Below are positions 1 through 9,749 of a stretch of 64,000 bases of DNA, piece by piece. The first letter of the stretch is position 1. Every line of letters begins with the position of its first letter. The translations under genes and the position numbers were made by a program. A model generated the notes under the pieces. The model ran no database searches. It worked only from the letters and a program-made list of their open reading frames with translations, and was not told the DNA's origin. The DNA comes from Rickettsiaceae bacterium (lineage in GTDB: Bacteria > Pseudomonadota > Alphaproteobacteria > Rickettsiales > UBA1997), in the NCBI GenBank assembly GCA_021323225.1, contig JAJTCH010000002.1, forward strand, positions 76,425 to 140,424. The letters are read 5' to 3'.

Positions 1-364
1 GAAATTCTTTTGCTCTTGCATTATTTGGATAACCATCTTTGTATAGCGCTGAAACTAGACTGTATCTGGCTCTATCCATTATAATGCTGACACTATTTTC
101 TGCCATATCATAAACCACATCAACAACCGCAGTTACATAACCATTATAAAATTCCGGATGCAAAGCTTTGATCTCTTGCCAGCTTCTCTCTGTAAAATCC
201 CGCTCTTCTTCGCTTAAAGCAATTTCATTAAGCTCTCCATAGCTTTTAGCCTCTACACCCGATCGATTAAGAATTAATATTGTAGGCGATTTCTCAAAAG
301 TAAAAATTCCAGAATTGGTTTTTGCATCTGTCTTTTCTAAAAACTCTTTTAGGCTAATTTTCAT
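1..364 (-). CDS. hypothetical protein, partial (runs off left edge)
   Basis: Minus-strand open frame with ATG at 362-364. Translation MKISLKEFLEKTDAKTNSGIFTFEKSPTILILNRSGVEAKSYGELNEIALSEEERDF... has no stop down to position 1. Absent from the ORF track because no stop lies inside the window. No family recognised. Confidence 0.5.
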   Translation of the reverse strand, partial: MKISLKEFLEKTDAKTNSGIFTFEKSPTILILNRSGVEAKSYGELNEIALSEEERDFTERSWQEIKALHPEFYNGYVTAVVDVVYDMAENSVSIIMDRARYSLVSALYKDGYPNNARAKEF

Positions 365-664
365 AAAAATTAAATTGAAGATTTGAGTAAGCTATTTTTC
401 CTGATTTGATAATTCCAATCTGCCTAGCGGTTTGCTGCTTGAAGCTTATAAAACTGATAACTCAATAGATTATCTGCTACCGAAATCTAGCTAAAAAAGT
501 ATTAAAAATCCTTAGTGGCTTTACAATCCCAACCCCACCCTCATTTATAAAAAATTTATAAAAATAAGAGCAAAGATTATAGTGTGAGCCAAAAATAGAT
601 GATCTAATCATATTGGTTTTTGTTATCGACTAGATAAGTCTTTATTAACTAAATCTTTATAAAT

Positions 665-1264
665 ATGAAAAAATTCTTACCTATTTTTTGCTCTGTAATT
701 GCCCTATCCAGCCAATCACAAGCTGCTACTGGTGTGTATATTGGCGCCGATGGGTTACGCACTCACGCTATACATGACGCCAAAAATTCTTCCATATTAC
801 TTGGTCCACAAGATGGAAGCAGAAGGGAAGCTAATAACGGCGGATATGGCGCAAATGCCGGGATTCGTTTTGATCCTCTATTTTTCTATGTTGCCGGAGA
901 AGTTTTCTATGACCACTTAAACTCCTCTTCTAAAGGATTTGACCAAAATATTATCGGCACCGGACCTAACATTAATATGGATGAACGCTTCGGCGCCAAA
1001 GCCAATGTTGGCATCACTATTTTGCCATGGCTAACTCCTTATGTTAGCTATGGCGTCGCTAAAGTAAAATATGAAACCGATGTTTCCAAATATGAAACCG
1101 CCCCAATTTACGGCGCTGGTATCCTATTTGATCTACCTACTACCAATCTAAGTGTTAAAGCTTCTTACGATATTCAAAAATTCGATATTCCGTATCAGAA
1201 TGCTAAAAGTGATACCAAACTTGGCGTTGCAAGAGTTGGTGTGACTTATACTTTTGGGGAATAG
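665..1264 (+). CDS. small outer-membrane beta-barrel protein (OmpA-like/Opa-type OMP_b-brl)
   Basis: Sec signal peptide MKKFLPIFCSVIALSSQSQA. Gly/Tyr-rich alternating beta-strand pattern with an aromatic C-terminal strand ...VGVTYTF. Followed by a strong hairpin terminator. Confidence 0.6.
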   Translation: MKKFLPIFCSVIALSSQSQAATGVYIGADGLRTHAIHDAKNSSILLGPQDGSRREANNGGYGANAGIRFDPLFFYVAGEVFYDHLNSSSKGFDQNIIGTGPNINMDERFGAKANVGITILPWLTPYVSYGVAKVKYETDVSKYETAPIYGAGILFDLPTTNLSVKASYDIQKFDIPYQNAKSDTKLGVARVGVTYTFGE

Positions 1265-1293
1265 ATCTGGGAAGTGATTCGCAAATTATAATT

Positions 1294-1329
1294 AAAAAAC
1301 CCGCCTAAAAATTTTTAGGCGGGTTTTTG
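1294..1329. terminator. bidirectional Rho-independent terminator
   Basis: Perfect palindrome aaaaaacccgcctaaaaatttttaggcgggttttt with A-run and T-run flanks, between convergent genes (665..1264 + and 1345..2934 -). Confidence 0.8.
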
Positions 1330-1344
1330 TTTGCTCAAATATTT

Positions 1345-2934
1345 TTATAATTTACTTCTGATATTTTTATGTTTTTCCACTGTTGCAGCCTCAACGGAAG
1401 ATCCAGGTTTTTTTCCGTTGTGCAAGCCATCTGCTTTCGAATCTTCTAGTGAAGCAGTTAAAGATCTATCTTCCAATCTTCTAAGATTTAAATTAGCCCC
1501 ATCAAACCTATATTCACAAGGCCCCGAAACATTTGGGGACATATTCGCCACATGTCCGTAACTGGAATTGAGCACTAATGGCAAATTATACTTTTCCGCC
1601 ACTTCAGTAACTTTTGCTAGGACTCTTTGAAAAACCTCATTTCTCCATTTAAAAATCTCTCCAACTTCTTCCCTGGAGATATTTCCATCTACTGAAGCAA
1701 TTTTGTTGAGATTATGGTCTAATTTGTTTTGCAAGAAATTTGGCAAGACGCCATGAAGCTTTTTATCTTCATCGCTGCAATTTTTATAATTTGAAAGAAA
1801 TTCATTTAATTTTTTGACAAATCCTTGCTTGATTGGCTCTCGGGATAAAATTATATCCATATTGGCATCACTTATTTCCATATCGCCTTTTTCGTCATAA
1901 ATCAAATCCCAAAGCCCATTAAGCCCATCAAATCTGGTCCCTAGCACTCCTATCTCAATGAACTCCGGAAGATGATTAATATTTCTGGCTAAAAATTTAT
2001 CTAATAATTCCACCGCATTGCTAAAAACAGATGGATTATCACCCCTTTGCATCATCCACTCAATTGCAAAACTCCATTTTTCTTTTGGATTTGGCATGAA
2101 AAGATTTGGATCCGATTCCAATCCCGTAAAAACATCTATATTAAGTGGATAATGCATCGCATTTCCTTCCAGACTTTTAGCAGTTGGCGGTGGATTAAAA
2201 ATAACTTTTCTATCTCCCTCCCTAACACTGACTGGATTTGTTAATACTGATTTTAATTTTTCTGCCTGAGACTCAAGATAGACCAACCATTCTTCCTCAC
2301 CCTTATTTAAACCATTTTTTTGTTGCTTCGCCTTTATGTCTGCAATTTTGGTAAAATTGTTAGTAAGTTGCGTAGGATAATAAGAACAAATTCCATCCAG
2401 CATTAAGCTGTTAGCCCAGGTTATATTGCTATAACCAAATATGTTAACTTCAGGATTTTTATCATTCGGATGCTCTGCAAAATATCGTTTCACATAAGGC
2501 AATTTATCCTGAAAACTATTGCCGCCTGCTAAAGGCATCATATTCCAGCCATTTTTTATGCAATCTATTATTAGGTTAGCACCAGTTTGTGGTGAATTTG
2601 CAAATGGAGCTAATATTGGAAATTCAGGCTCTTCCCTGCCTTGCACATTAGGCTCTATGACTACCTGCATCTGTCCAAAAGCAGACCTTTGCTCTGCAAC
2701 ATCAAAATTGATTTTTTCTTGAAGAGAGGTGATATCTTCTCCATTTTCATCAAGAGAAAATACCGGAATTTTAACCTCAAAACCCAGGCTGGTTAAAAGC
2801 TCTAATCTTTCCTTAATTTTCTGCTGACCAAGCGACCCATAAAATCCGCCAGCCGGAGCGATGAGAGCAAAAACCGGCTTTTTTTCTTCTGATTCTTTAC
2901 CAGATATAAGAGTTACCCATTTATAATTTGCCAT
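1345..2934 (-). CDS. LD-carboxypeptidase (peptidase S66/MccF)-like protein, unusually long
   Basis: N-terminal FALIAPAGG, a nucleophile-type motif FGYSNITWAN (compare GYSDIT/GHSDFT in S66) and C-terminal SSYGH (compare DFGH) fit the S66 Ser-Glu-His layout. At ~529 aa it is far longer than the ~300 aa typical. The ORF-track start at 2943 is TTG; the ATG at 2932-2934 (MANYKW...) is more likely. Confidence 0.45.
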   Translation of the reverse strand: MANYKWVTLISGKESEEKKPVFALIAPAGGFYGSLGQQKIKERLELLTSLGFEVKIPVFSLDENGEDITSLQEKINFDVAEQRSAFGQMQVVIEPNVQGREEPEFPILAPFANSPQTGANLIIDCIKNGWNMMPLAGGNSFQDKLPYVKRYFAEHPNDKNPEVNIFGYSNITWANSLMLDGICSYYPTQLTNNFTKIADIKAKQQKNGLNKGEEEWLVYLESQAEKLKSVLTNPVSVREGDRKVIFNPPPTAKSLEGNAMHYPLNIDVFTGLESDPNLFMPNPKEKWSFAIEWMMQRGDNPSVFSNAVELLDKFLARNINHLPEFIEIGVLGTRFDGLNGLWDLIYDEKGDMEISDANMDIILSREPIKQGFVKKLNEFLSNYKNCSDEDKKLHGVLPNFLQNKLDHNLNKIASVDGNISREEVGEIFKWRNEVFQRVLAKVTEVAEKYNLPLVLNSSYGHVANMSPNVSGPCEYRFDGANLNLRRLEDRSLTASLEDSKADGLHNGKKPGSSVEAATVEKHKNIRSKL

Positions 2935-3043
2935 AAAGAACAAGATGGTTGTTAATCAAGGAACGATCTATTGCAAAATCATTTTTTATAGCTATCATCG
3001 CTATCCTCGTTTTTGCTAATTCTAACTCATCTAACTTGTTTTT

Positions 3044-3135
3044 GGAGAGATGGCCGAGAGGCTGAAGGCACTTTCCTGCTAAGAAAGTATACGGGTAAAA
3101 CTGTATCGAGGGTTCGAATCCCTCTCTCTCCGCCA
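3044..3135 (+). tRNA. tRNA-Ser (anticodon GCU), CCA encoded
   Basis: GGAGAGATGGCCGAGAGGCTGAAGGCACTTTCCTGCTAAGAAAG...GAGGGTTCGAATCCCTCTCTCTCCGCCA. It has a 7-bp acceptor stem, anticodon loop CT-GCT-AA, a long variable arm, a GGTTCGAATCC T-arm and a 3' CCA. Confidence 0.95.
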
Positions 3136-3260
3136 TCCGCTTTGCCACGGCGCGATGGAAAGACAATTTCGATCTGATGAACTCTTAAGCTATTAAATTC
3201 AAAATAAACTGATATCGATCCTCCTGGGATTTTGCTGCCGCAAAATGCCCGTAAAAGCTA

Positions 3261-3284
3261 AAAACAGCCGTTTAGGCTGTTTTC
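3261..3284. terminator. bidirectional hairpin terminator (tRNA-Ser / argB)
   Basis: aaaaacagcc-gttta-ggctgttttc: a 6-7 bp stem flanked by A-run and T-run, located between the tRNA (+) and the argB stop (-). Confidence 0.6.
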
Positions 3285-3292
3285 TTACGCTT

Positions 3293-4267
3293 TTACCCAT
3301 AGAAAATCATAGTTCCTGCACCAGACTCAGTAAAAATCTCCATCAACAAAATATGATCTACCGAGCCATTTAGGATATGGGCATATTCTACCTCATTTTC
3401 CAAAGCGGCAATGCAGGTTTCAACTTTTGGGATCATGCCACCACTTATTACGCCGTCCTTGATTAGTTGCTTGGCAACGGAAACGCTTAGATTGCTGATT
3501 AACTCTTTGTTGGGAAGCATCACACCATCTACATCGGTTAAAATAATAAGTTTGGCAGCGTTGAGAGCGCTAGCGATGGCACCGGCAGCAGTGTCGGCGT
3601 TAATGTTGTAAGTTTCACCATTTTCGCCAACACCAACTGGTGCGATGACGGGGATGATGTCGGAATTTTCAAAACCGCTTAATACTTCCGGGTTCACATA
3701 AGTTGGCTCGCCAACAAATCCCAAATTAAGGATTTTTTCGATATTAGAGTCAGGATCTTTTTGTGTTCTGGTCAATCTTTTGGCGGTTATCATATTGCCG
3801 TCTTTGCCGGAAAGGCCAATAGCCATGCCCCCTGCGCGGTTAATTTCCTTAACGATATTTTTATTGATTGAACCGCAAAGCACCATTTCTACCACCTCAA
3901 TCGTGTCAGCATCAGTCACGCGCAAACCATCAACAAAAGAAGTTTTGATATTGAGTTTTTTTAGCATCTCGCCAATTTGCGGGCCGCCGCCATGAACAAT
4001 TACTGGGTTGATGCCAACTTGTTTGAGCAGCACAACATCTTCGGCAAATTTTTTGAGATTATCTTCGCTCATGGCACTACCGCCAAATTTAATGACAAAC
4101 ACTTCTCCGGCAAAGCGGCGCATATAAGGTAAGGCCTCACATAAAGTCTCAGCTTTCATCACCCAATCATTATTGGCTTTAGCTTTGGCCTCATCTTGAA
4201 TTGCTAAATTTTCTAGATCTACCGCTTTAAGATGGCTTTTTTCTTTTTTGTCTTTGTCGTTAGTCAC
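3293..4267 (-). CDS. argB: acetylglutamate kinase
   Basis: [34 protein letters not shown] and [12 protein letters not shown] motifs typical of ArgB. The ORF-track start is GTG, so the exact start is uncertain. Confidence 0.9.
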   Translation of the reverse strand: MTNDKDKKEKSHLKAVDLENLAIQDEAKAKANNDWVMKAETLCEALPYMRRFAGEVFVIKFGGSAMSEDNLKKFAEDVVLLKQVGINPVIVHGGGPQIGEMLKKLNIKTSFVDGLRVTDADTIEVVEMVLCGSINKNIVKEINRAGGMAIGLSGKDGNMITAKRLTRTQKDPDSNIEKILNLGFVGEPTYVNPEVLSGFENSDIIPVIAPVGVGENGETYNINADTAAGAIASALNAAKLIILTDVDGVMLPNKELISNLSVSVAKQLIKDGVISGGMIPKVETCIAALENEVEYAHILNGSVDHILLMEIFTESGAGTMIFYG

Positions 4268-4279
4268 CGCGTTAGTTTG

Positions 4280-4987
4280 TTAATTTGGTTGATAAAATTG
4301 GTAGATTGCCTCTTGCACCTCGTCCAGGTTACTAATATGCGGACAATGGCCACAATTGGCAAGAATTTTTAGTTTTGAACCGGCAATTTTTTCGTGAAAT
4401 ATTTTTGCTTGAGAAACATTCACCACCATATCACCCTCACCATGGAAAATCATAGTTCGGCCGAAACCAGAAAAATCCAGATCATAGCAGGAAAATCTTT
4501 CGAGCTCATCCAACCAAAAAAGCAAATTGGCATGGTTATCCGGATTGATATATAAATTATCAGCTAATTCTTTGGCTCGCTTAGGATTGTCAATCATCAT
4601 CAACAGAGAAAATTTCTCTAAAGTGGCGATAGAATTTTTGGCAAAATTATCACGAAAACTATTAAAGCTGGAAACCGGCATTGCAGCAGCAATTTGTGGG
4701 GTTTTGACAAATTGGAAGGGGGTAGAAAATAAAACCAGTAATTCCGGAGCAAAAATTTTATTAGCAATCAATCTTGAGGCAATTTGTCCACCAAGGCTCC
4801 AACCGGCAATGATTTGCGGCTGTATGGATAAATTTTTTAGCGCAGTAAAACAGTCTTCTACACTAGAAAATCGGCTATAGTCGAAATTGATTATTTGATG
4901 GGAAGAAGAGAGGCGGGAGAAAACCGGCTGTAAAGAAATTGGGTTTTGTGCCCAACCCGCAAACAATAAAACAACCGGTTTATCCAT
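4280..4987 (-). CDS. alpha/beta-fold hydrolase (BioH-like carboxylesterase)
   Basis: Nucleophile elbow GWSLGG, a late Asp (GEGDMVV) and His (CGHCPH) form the catalytic-triad layout. Size is 235 aa. Confidence 0.7.
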   Translation of the reverse strand: MDKPVVLLFAGWAQNPISLQPVFSRLSSSHQIINFDYSRFSSVEDCFTALKNLSIQPQIIAGWSLGGQIASRLIANKIFAPELLVLFSTPFQFVKTPQIAAAMPVSSFNSFRDNFAKNSIATLEKFSLLMMIDNPKRAKELADNLYINPDNHANLLFWLDELERFSCYDLDFSGFGRTMIFHGEGDMVVNVSQAKIFHEKIAGSKLKILANCGHCPHISNLDEVQEAIYQFYQPN

Positions 4988-4999
4988 TAATTCAGTAAA

Positions 5000-5236
5000 T
5001 TAAACATTGTCAAATCCAGAGAACTTTTTCTTGAATTTGTTCATATTTTCATTGTTAGGATTGACGAAGGTTTTATTACCATCTTGCCAGGCCGGATGAT
5101 TGAACGGGTCAATATCTGCCTTCAAAACTTCGCCTTCTTTGCCCCAGGTGGTGACAATGGTGATTTTTTCCTTATTAGAAAGTTCCAAAGTGATGTTATG
5201 TTGTTTTGGATGCTCTACAGCTTGTTTGATAGCCAT
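5000..5236 (-). CDS. rpmE: 50S ribosomal protein L31
   Basis: TTWGKEGEVLKADIDPFNHPAWQDG...KFKKKFSGF matches the alphaproteobacterial L31 pattern (STWG...LDIDP.SHPAWTG...FNKRFGG). Confidence 0.85.
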   Translation of the reverse strand: MAIKQAVEHPKQHNITLELSNKEKITIVTTWGKEGEVLKADIDPFNHPAWQDGNKTFVNPNNENMNKFKKKFSGFDNV

Positions 5237-5321
5237 TTTATGTGTTTGGTGAGGGTTTTTATTTCAAAGGGCGGTCAATATAAGTAAAACCATTTTATTA
5301 GTCAAGAACTGTGGGCCTAAA

Positions 5322-6083
5322 CTAATTTCTGATTTCTTGCCAAGCTCTAGTTAGAAAATCATCCTTCAAAATCAGGTTAAATAGCTGCCCTTCCTGGTGC
5401 AAATCTTCTGATTTATTTGGCTTTTCTAAAAATTTATCAATAAAAAACCTGCTTAATTTTAAACCATTTAGCAGATCTTTTTTATCTATTCTTTGATCAC
5501 TTTCATTCAATAAAAACTGAGGCAGAAGCAGCAATTTATCTCGATATTTCTCTCCAACTTCCAAACAAACCGCTCTTGCTGATTTTGGCGAAACGAAATG
5601 CAAATTTTCTGTTGTGCCGGTCGCGGCACATTCTGAAAAATCAATGCCATAGCCAAGTATTTTTAGCAGCTCAATTTCAAATTTGATGTAATGTTTCAGA
5701 AAAATTTGATCTTCATTGGACAAATTTTCCAGCAAATTTGACAATCCGGCAAATATCTCATTTTGCGGTTCATGCTCTAAAATATTGCGTCCGATCACTA
5801 CCGACAAATCATTCAAACAGGCAAGTTTCAATTGGCTGGAGATGATTTCTCCCAAAAAAGATTTTCTCAACTCAATTTTAAAAAAGCCCAAATTATCAGC
5901 AATTCTCGAGCTCCATTCAAAATCAACCAGATTGAAATTTTGATAAAGCACACGGTTCTTTGAGGAAACGCCACGCACAAAGCCGTGGAAAAGGCCGTGT
6001 TTGCAGGAAAGAACCTTGACAATCAAAGAATTTTCACTGTATTTTTTGGAGCCGATGATGATTCCAGAGTCGCTAAATTTCAC
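5322..6083 (-). CDS. recO: DNA repair protein RecO
   Basis: N-terminal OB-fold pattern MKFSDSGIIIGSKKYSENSLIVKVLSCKHGLFHGFVRG with a Cys-containing C-terminal half. GTG start. Confidence 0.8.
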   Translation of the reverse strand: MKFSDSGIIIGSKKYSENSLIVKVLSCKHGLFHGFVRGVSSKNRVLYQNFNLVDFEWSSRIADNLGFFKIELRKSFLGEIISSQLKLACLNDLSVVIGRNILEHEPQNEIFAGLSNLLENLSNEDQIFLKHYIKFEIELLKILGYGIDFSECAATGTTENLHFVSPKSARAVCLEVGEKYRDKLLLLPQFLLNESDQRIDKKDLLNGLKLSRFFIDKFLEKPNKSEDLHQEGQLFNLILKDDFLTRAWQEIRN

Positions 6084-7260
6084 AATTCATTCCCAAATTT
6101 TGCTAGATAAAAACGATTTTAAATTACCGCAATTTTTGCCAACCGCCAATTTTAAAGTTGGAGAGAAGACTAATTTAATTGGCCTTAGCCTTGCTGAGCT
6201 AGAGCAAGAAATGCTCAAAATTGACGAAAAATCTTTCAAGGCAAAACAGCTTTGGAACTGGATCTATTTTGCCGGTGCCAATAATTTTGCGGCAATGTCC
6301 AACATTTCCAATTTGATGAAAGAAAAACTGGAAAAACATTATTCCATTTCCAAACCCGCAATCAGTCAAGATCTATTATCATCTGACGGCACTAGAAAAT
6401 GGCTGGTTAAATTTTCTGATTGCAGAGAAGCGGAGATGGTTTTTATCCCGGAAGAAGATCGCGGCACGCTTTGCATCTCATCACAAATTGGCTGCACGCT
6501 AACTTGCAAATTCTGCCATACCGGCACGCAGCTTTTGGTGCGCAATTTAAGCGCTGGAGAAATTGTCTCACAATTTATGCTAGCCAGAGATTTGCTGGAT
6601 GATTGGCATCATCACCGCTCTAAAAATAATTCTTCTGAACCGGAAAAAAGAAAAATCACTTCCATTGTTTTTATGGGCATGGGAGAACCGTTTTTTAATT
6701 ATGACAATGTTAAAAAAGCGGTAGAAATTTTGAATGACTCAAACGGCCTCAATTTTTCCAAACGCAGAATCACCATTTCCACTTCCGGCGTAGTGCCGGA
6801 AATTATCCGTTTTTCTGATGAAATCAAAACCGTTTTGGCAATTTCACTGCATGCCACTAATGACGAGACTCGAAGCAAAATCATGCCTTTGAATAAAAAA
6901 TATCCCTTAAAAGAGTTGATGCAAGCCTGCCAATATTATGTCGCTGCCAATCCAGGAGGCAGAATCACTTTTGAATATGTGACGCTAAAAGATGTTAATG
7001 ACAAAGATGAAGATGCTAGAAATTTGGTCAAACTACTAAAAACTTACAAACTCCCTGCCCTGATTAACTTAATTCCCTTCAACCCCTGGCAAGGCAGTGA
7101 TTTCCTCTGCTCCAGCCGCAACCGCATCATGGCTTTTGGCAAAATCATCAAAGATGCCGGCTACACAGTGACAATCAGAAAAACCCGAGGCCAAGATGTT
7201 ATGGCCGCCTGTGGTCAATTAAAATCAGCATCACAAAGAGAGAAAAAGCAGAAACAATGA
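6055..7260 (+). CDS. rlmN: 23S rRNA/tRNA (adenine-C2)-methyltransferase RlmN (radical SAM)
   Basis: FKAKQLWNWIY, the radical-SAM cluster motif GCTLTCKFCHTG, MGMGEPFFN and the C-terminal AACGQL. The start is uncertain. The ORF-track TTG at 6001 would overlap divergent recO by 83 nt; alternatives are ATG 6055/6058 or TTG 6100/6136. Confidence 0.9.
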   Translation: MMIPESLNFTIHSQILLDKNDFKLPQFLPTANFKVGEKTNLIGLSLAELEQEMLKIDEKSFKAKQLWNWIYFAGANNFAAMSNISNLMKEKLEKHYSISKPAISQDLLSSDGTRKWLVKFSDCREAEMVFIPEEDRGTLCISSQIGCTLTCKFCHTGTQLLVRNLSAGEIVSQFMLARDLLDDWHHHRSKNNSSEPEKRKITSIVFMGMGEPFFNYDNVKKAVEILNDSNGLNFSKRRITISTSGVVPEIIRFSDEIKTVLAISLHATNDETRSKIMPLNKKYPLKELMQACQYYVAANPGGRITFEYVTLKDVNDKDEDARNLVKLLKTYKLPALINLIPFNPWQGSDFLCSSRNRIMAFGKIIKDAGYTVTIRKTRGQDVMAACGQLKSASQREKKQKQ

Positions 7261-7508
7261 AAGAAAGAATCACCAAAAAATTATCCCAAAATTTCACCAT
7301 CAAATCCCTGGAAGTAATCAACAAATCTCATCTTCACCAAGGCCATTTGGGCGATGATGGAAGTGGTGAGACACATTTTGATATTGTGATTCATGCGAAT
7401 GAGTTGGTAGGAAATTCAGTTCAAAACCACCGGAAGATCAACCAATTGCTAAAAGAAGAATTTGAGAAGAACGGACTTCATGCTTTGTCAATAAAGATTG
7501 GAAACTAA
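7257..7508 (+). CDS. BolA family protein
   Basis: 83 aa with SHLHQGH...GETHF and LHALSIK motifs typical of BolA/IbaG. The ATGA overlap with the rlmN stop suggests translational coupling. Confidence 0.8.
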   Translation: MKERITKKLSQNFTIKSLEVINKSHLHQGHLGDDGSGETHFDIVIHANELVGNSVQNHRKINQLLKEEFEKNGLHALSIKIGN

Positions 7509-7529
7509 CAGAATCATTATCTAACGCAT

Positions 7530-9572
7530 TTATAACTCTCTCTCTTCAGATTTCTTTAGTTTGATTGATTTAGATTTTTTAGGATTACCACTTGGTTTTT
7601 TCTTTTGATCTTTAAGATATTCATCACGAGCTTTTTGCATATCTTTCATCAAAGTCTGATCATTACCACCAAAATCATTAGCAAGCTTATAAGCAGAACC
7701 ATATGGAGTTTTAAATTCTGGATCAGCACCATTACGAATTAAAAGAATAATAATTTCTCTACTTCTAGGCTTAGGTGAATGCTCATATGTTTTCATTGCT
7801 ATGAATAAAGGCGTTGCATTACTAGTTACCTTATTAAAATTGACTCTATTTTTTGCTAAAACTTCGAGACACTCATAATGTCCAGCATATACCGCCATTG
7901 AAGCTGGAGAAGCTCCTTGCATATCTGTTTTATACGGGTCCGCTCCACTTTCTAATAAAATATCGACACATTCGGAATGATTACTCTGTATCGCTATTAA
8001 AAGAGGAGTTGCACCGCTCTTGGATGCTTTATTCAAATCAGTTTTTTTTGCTAAAATTTTAACACATTCAATATCGCCCTTTTCTGCTGCTATATAAAGT
8101 GGAGTTATACCTTCATTATCTGCTTTATTCGGATTAGCTCTATTTTCCAATAAAACTTTAAGATATTCAGGATGACCATTTTCTACCACATGACGAACAA
8201 TGGTAACTTTATCGCCAAATGTCTGATCGACGTTTACTAGCCCAGATCCAATTATTGACTCCAGGTCTTCTAACTCAGAAAACGAAATATTTTTATGTGA
8301 GGCTATAGAATAACATGAATGCCATAAATAATTTCGGACCAAATTTCTTTTTGTTGTCATATTTATATCAACAGCAAAATCTCTAAAGCCTAATCTCTCT
8401 ATCTGTGAAGTAATGAAGCTTTGAGACTTTGGGTTGACAGAGAATTTTTGCAAGGACGCTTCTTTTTGTAGCGCTATATGACGCCTTATCACATCATATA
8501 ACTCACCAACATTTTCTATTGATGAGGCCAACCTAGATAGTGGAACCGGCAATAATTCAGCAAAGATGGAAGATATTTTTCTGGATGTTGTATGTTTTAA
8601 TATGATACGCAAAGGGATTGTGGAAGGAAATCCGAGATTTGGCTCTAAAACTAAAAATGAAGAAGTCTGTTCTCCATCTGCATTAGAAATATCTTCATCG
8701 CCTGCGTGAAGAAAAAGAACTTGACCAGACTTAAGTGAGTTCTGATTAAAATTTTGTTGTGGATTGTTACCAATTTTACAGCCAATGGCATGAATACCTA
8801 GGGAATTTGGAGAAACTTTTGCAGCAAGCTTATCTGGTCGCATTAGTGGACCATGGTCTACCTTTTGCAAACCATATTTATTGGCATGGGCATGAATTAT
8901 AAATATTTCAACTTCTTTGAGTTCTATTTTTTTTGCTAATTTTCCTTGATCAATCTCAACCAGTTCTATTTTTTTGCTTTTGGCTTCCTCCCTTAAGTGG
9001 GTGCAATTCACTTTTGGTCCACAGTAAACCCCAACCCTATAATCCCTATCTCCAATCATAACCGCATCCGCAGGAGTAAATGCAGAAGAAAGTAATCCAC
9101 CTGCAATGGCTGGTATTATGGAAGATTTTCCCGCTATACCAGCCATCCCCATTGTCGTAAACAATACCATATCATAAACTACCTCATCTGACTCTCTTTC
9201 ACTCAACCAATTCATAACATTGCTAACTGTTTGAACTGCCGATCCCGCTACTGAATTTACATGTGAGGCTAAATGATCTTCTTCTTTATATTCCTTATTT
9301 TCCTCAAAAACAGATGATGATTTGAAAAACTCTTCAACATCAACAATCTCTTGTGAAGCTAACAAAGATGATGTTGGCCCTTCTACAACTAACTCTCTTT
9401 GTCTAAACCCCCTAACAGCTTCAGCAAAAGATTCCACATTCTGATCATTATCAACCAATGCTTCATTATAGGGATTTTGAGTTTCTGCCTTAGAAAGAGA
9501 TGAGGCAAATATTGAAAAAATAGCGAACCTAAACCAAGAAGTTGTTTTACTTTTTTCGCTGTTGCGCGACAT
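7530..9572 (-). CDS. ankyrin-repeat protein with N-terminal signal/TM region and a central unassigned domain; candidate secreted effector
   Basis: At least four C-terminal ANK repeats (GITPLYIAAEKGDIECVKILA, GATPLLIAIQSNHSECVDILLESGADP, GASPASMAVYAGHYECLEVLA, ATPLFIAM...). The N-terminus MSRNSEKSKTTSWFRFAIFSIFASSLSKA is signal-like. A Gly/Ala-rich hydrophobic segment and a Lys-rich C-terminal tail KKKPSGNPKKSKSIKLKK are also present. Confidence 0.85.
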   Translation of the reverse strand: MSRNSEKSKTTSWFRFAIFSIFASSLSKAETQNPYNEALVDNDQNVESFAEAVRGFRQRELVVEGPTSSLLASQEIVDVEEFFKSSSVFEENKEYKEEDHLASHVNSVAGSAVQTVSNVMNWLSERESDEVVYDMVLFTTMGMAGIAGKSSIIPAIAGGLLSSAFTPADAVMIGDRDYRVGVYCGPKVNCTHLREEAKSKKIELVEIDQGKLAKKIELKEVEIFIIHAHANKYGLQKVDHGPLMRPDKLAAKVSPNSLGIHAIGCKIGNNPQQNFNQNSLKSGQVLFLHAGDEDISNADGEQTSSFLVLEPNLGFPSTIPLRIILKHTTSRKISSIFAELLPVPLSRLASSIENVGELYDVIRRHIALQKEASLQKFSVNPKSQSFITSQIERLGFRDFAVDINMTTKRNLVRNYLWHSCYSIASHKNISFSELEDLESIIGSGLVNVDQTFGDKVTIVRHVVENGHPEYLKVLLENRANPNKADNEGITPLYIAAEKGDIECVKILAKKTDLNKASKSGATPLLIAIQSNHSECVDILLESGADPYKTDMQGASPASMAVYAGHYECLEVLAKNRVNFNKVTSNATPLFIAMKTYEHSPKPRSREIIILLIRNGADPEFKTPYGSAYKLANDFGGNDQTLMKDMQKARDEYLKDQKKKPSGNPKKSKSIKLKKSEEREL

Positions 9573-9749
9573 ATGATTATGAGAAATTAAAGTTATAGTA
9601 GGGGGTTAGAATCTCCGTCTGCAGCAATAGAATTGCCTAAGCAATTTGGTAAAGCCTTGGAATTATTCAGGAGGATTTTTGGTTTCTTATATGGGATTTT
9701 GACGCTAACTGGTAACAAAATAGAAGATGGGGATAGAAAAATTGGTAAA

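Noticed and set aside
2921-3166. 81-aa minus-strand ORF
   Set aside because: It lies directly antisense to tRNA-Ser(GCU) (3044..3135), and the tRNA structure explains the region.
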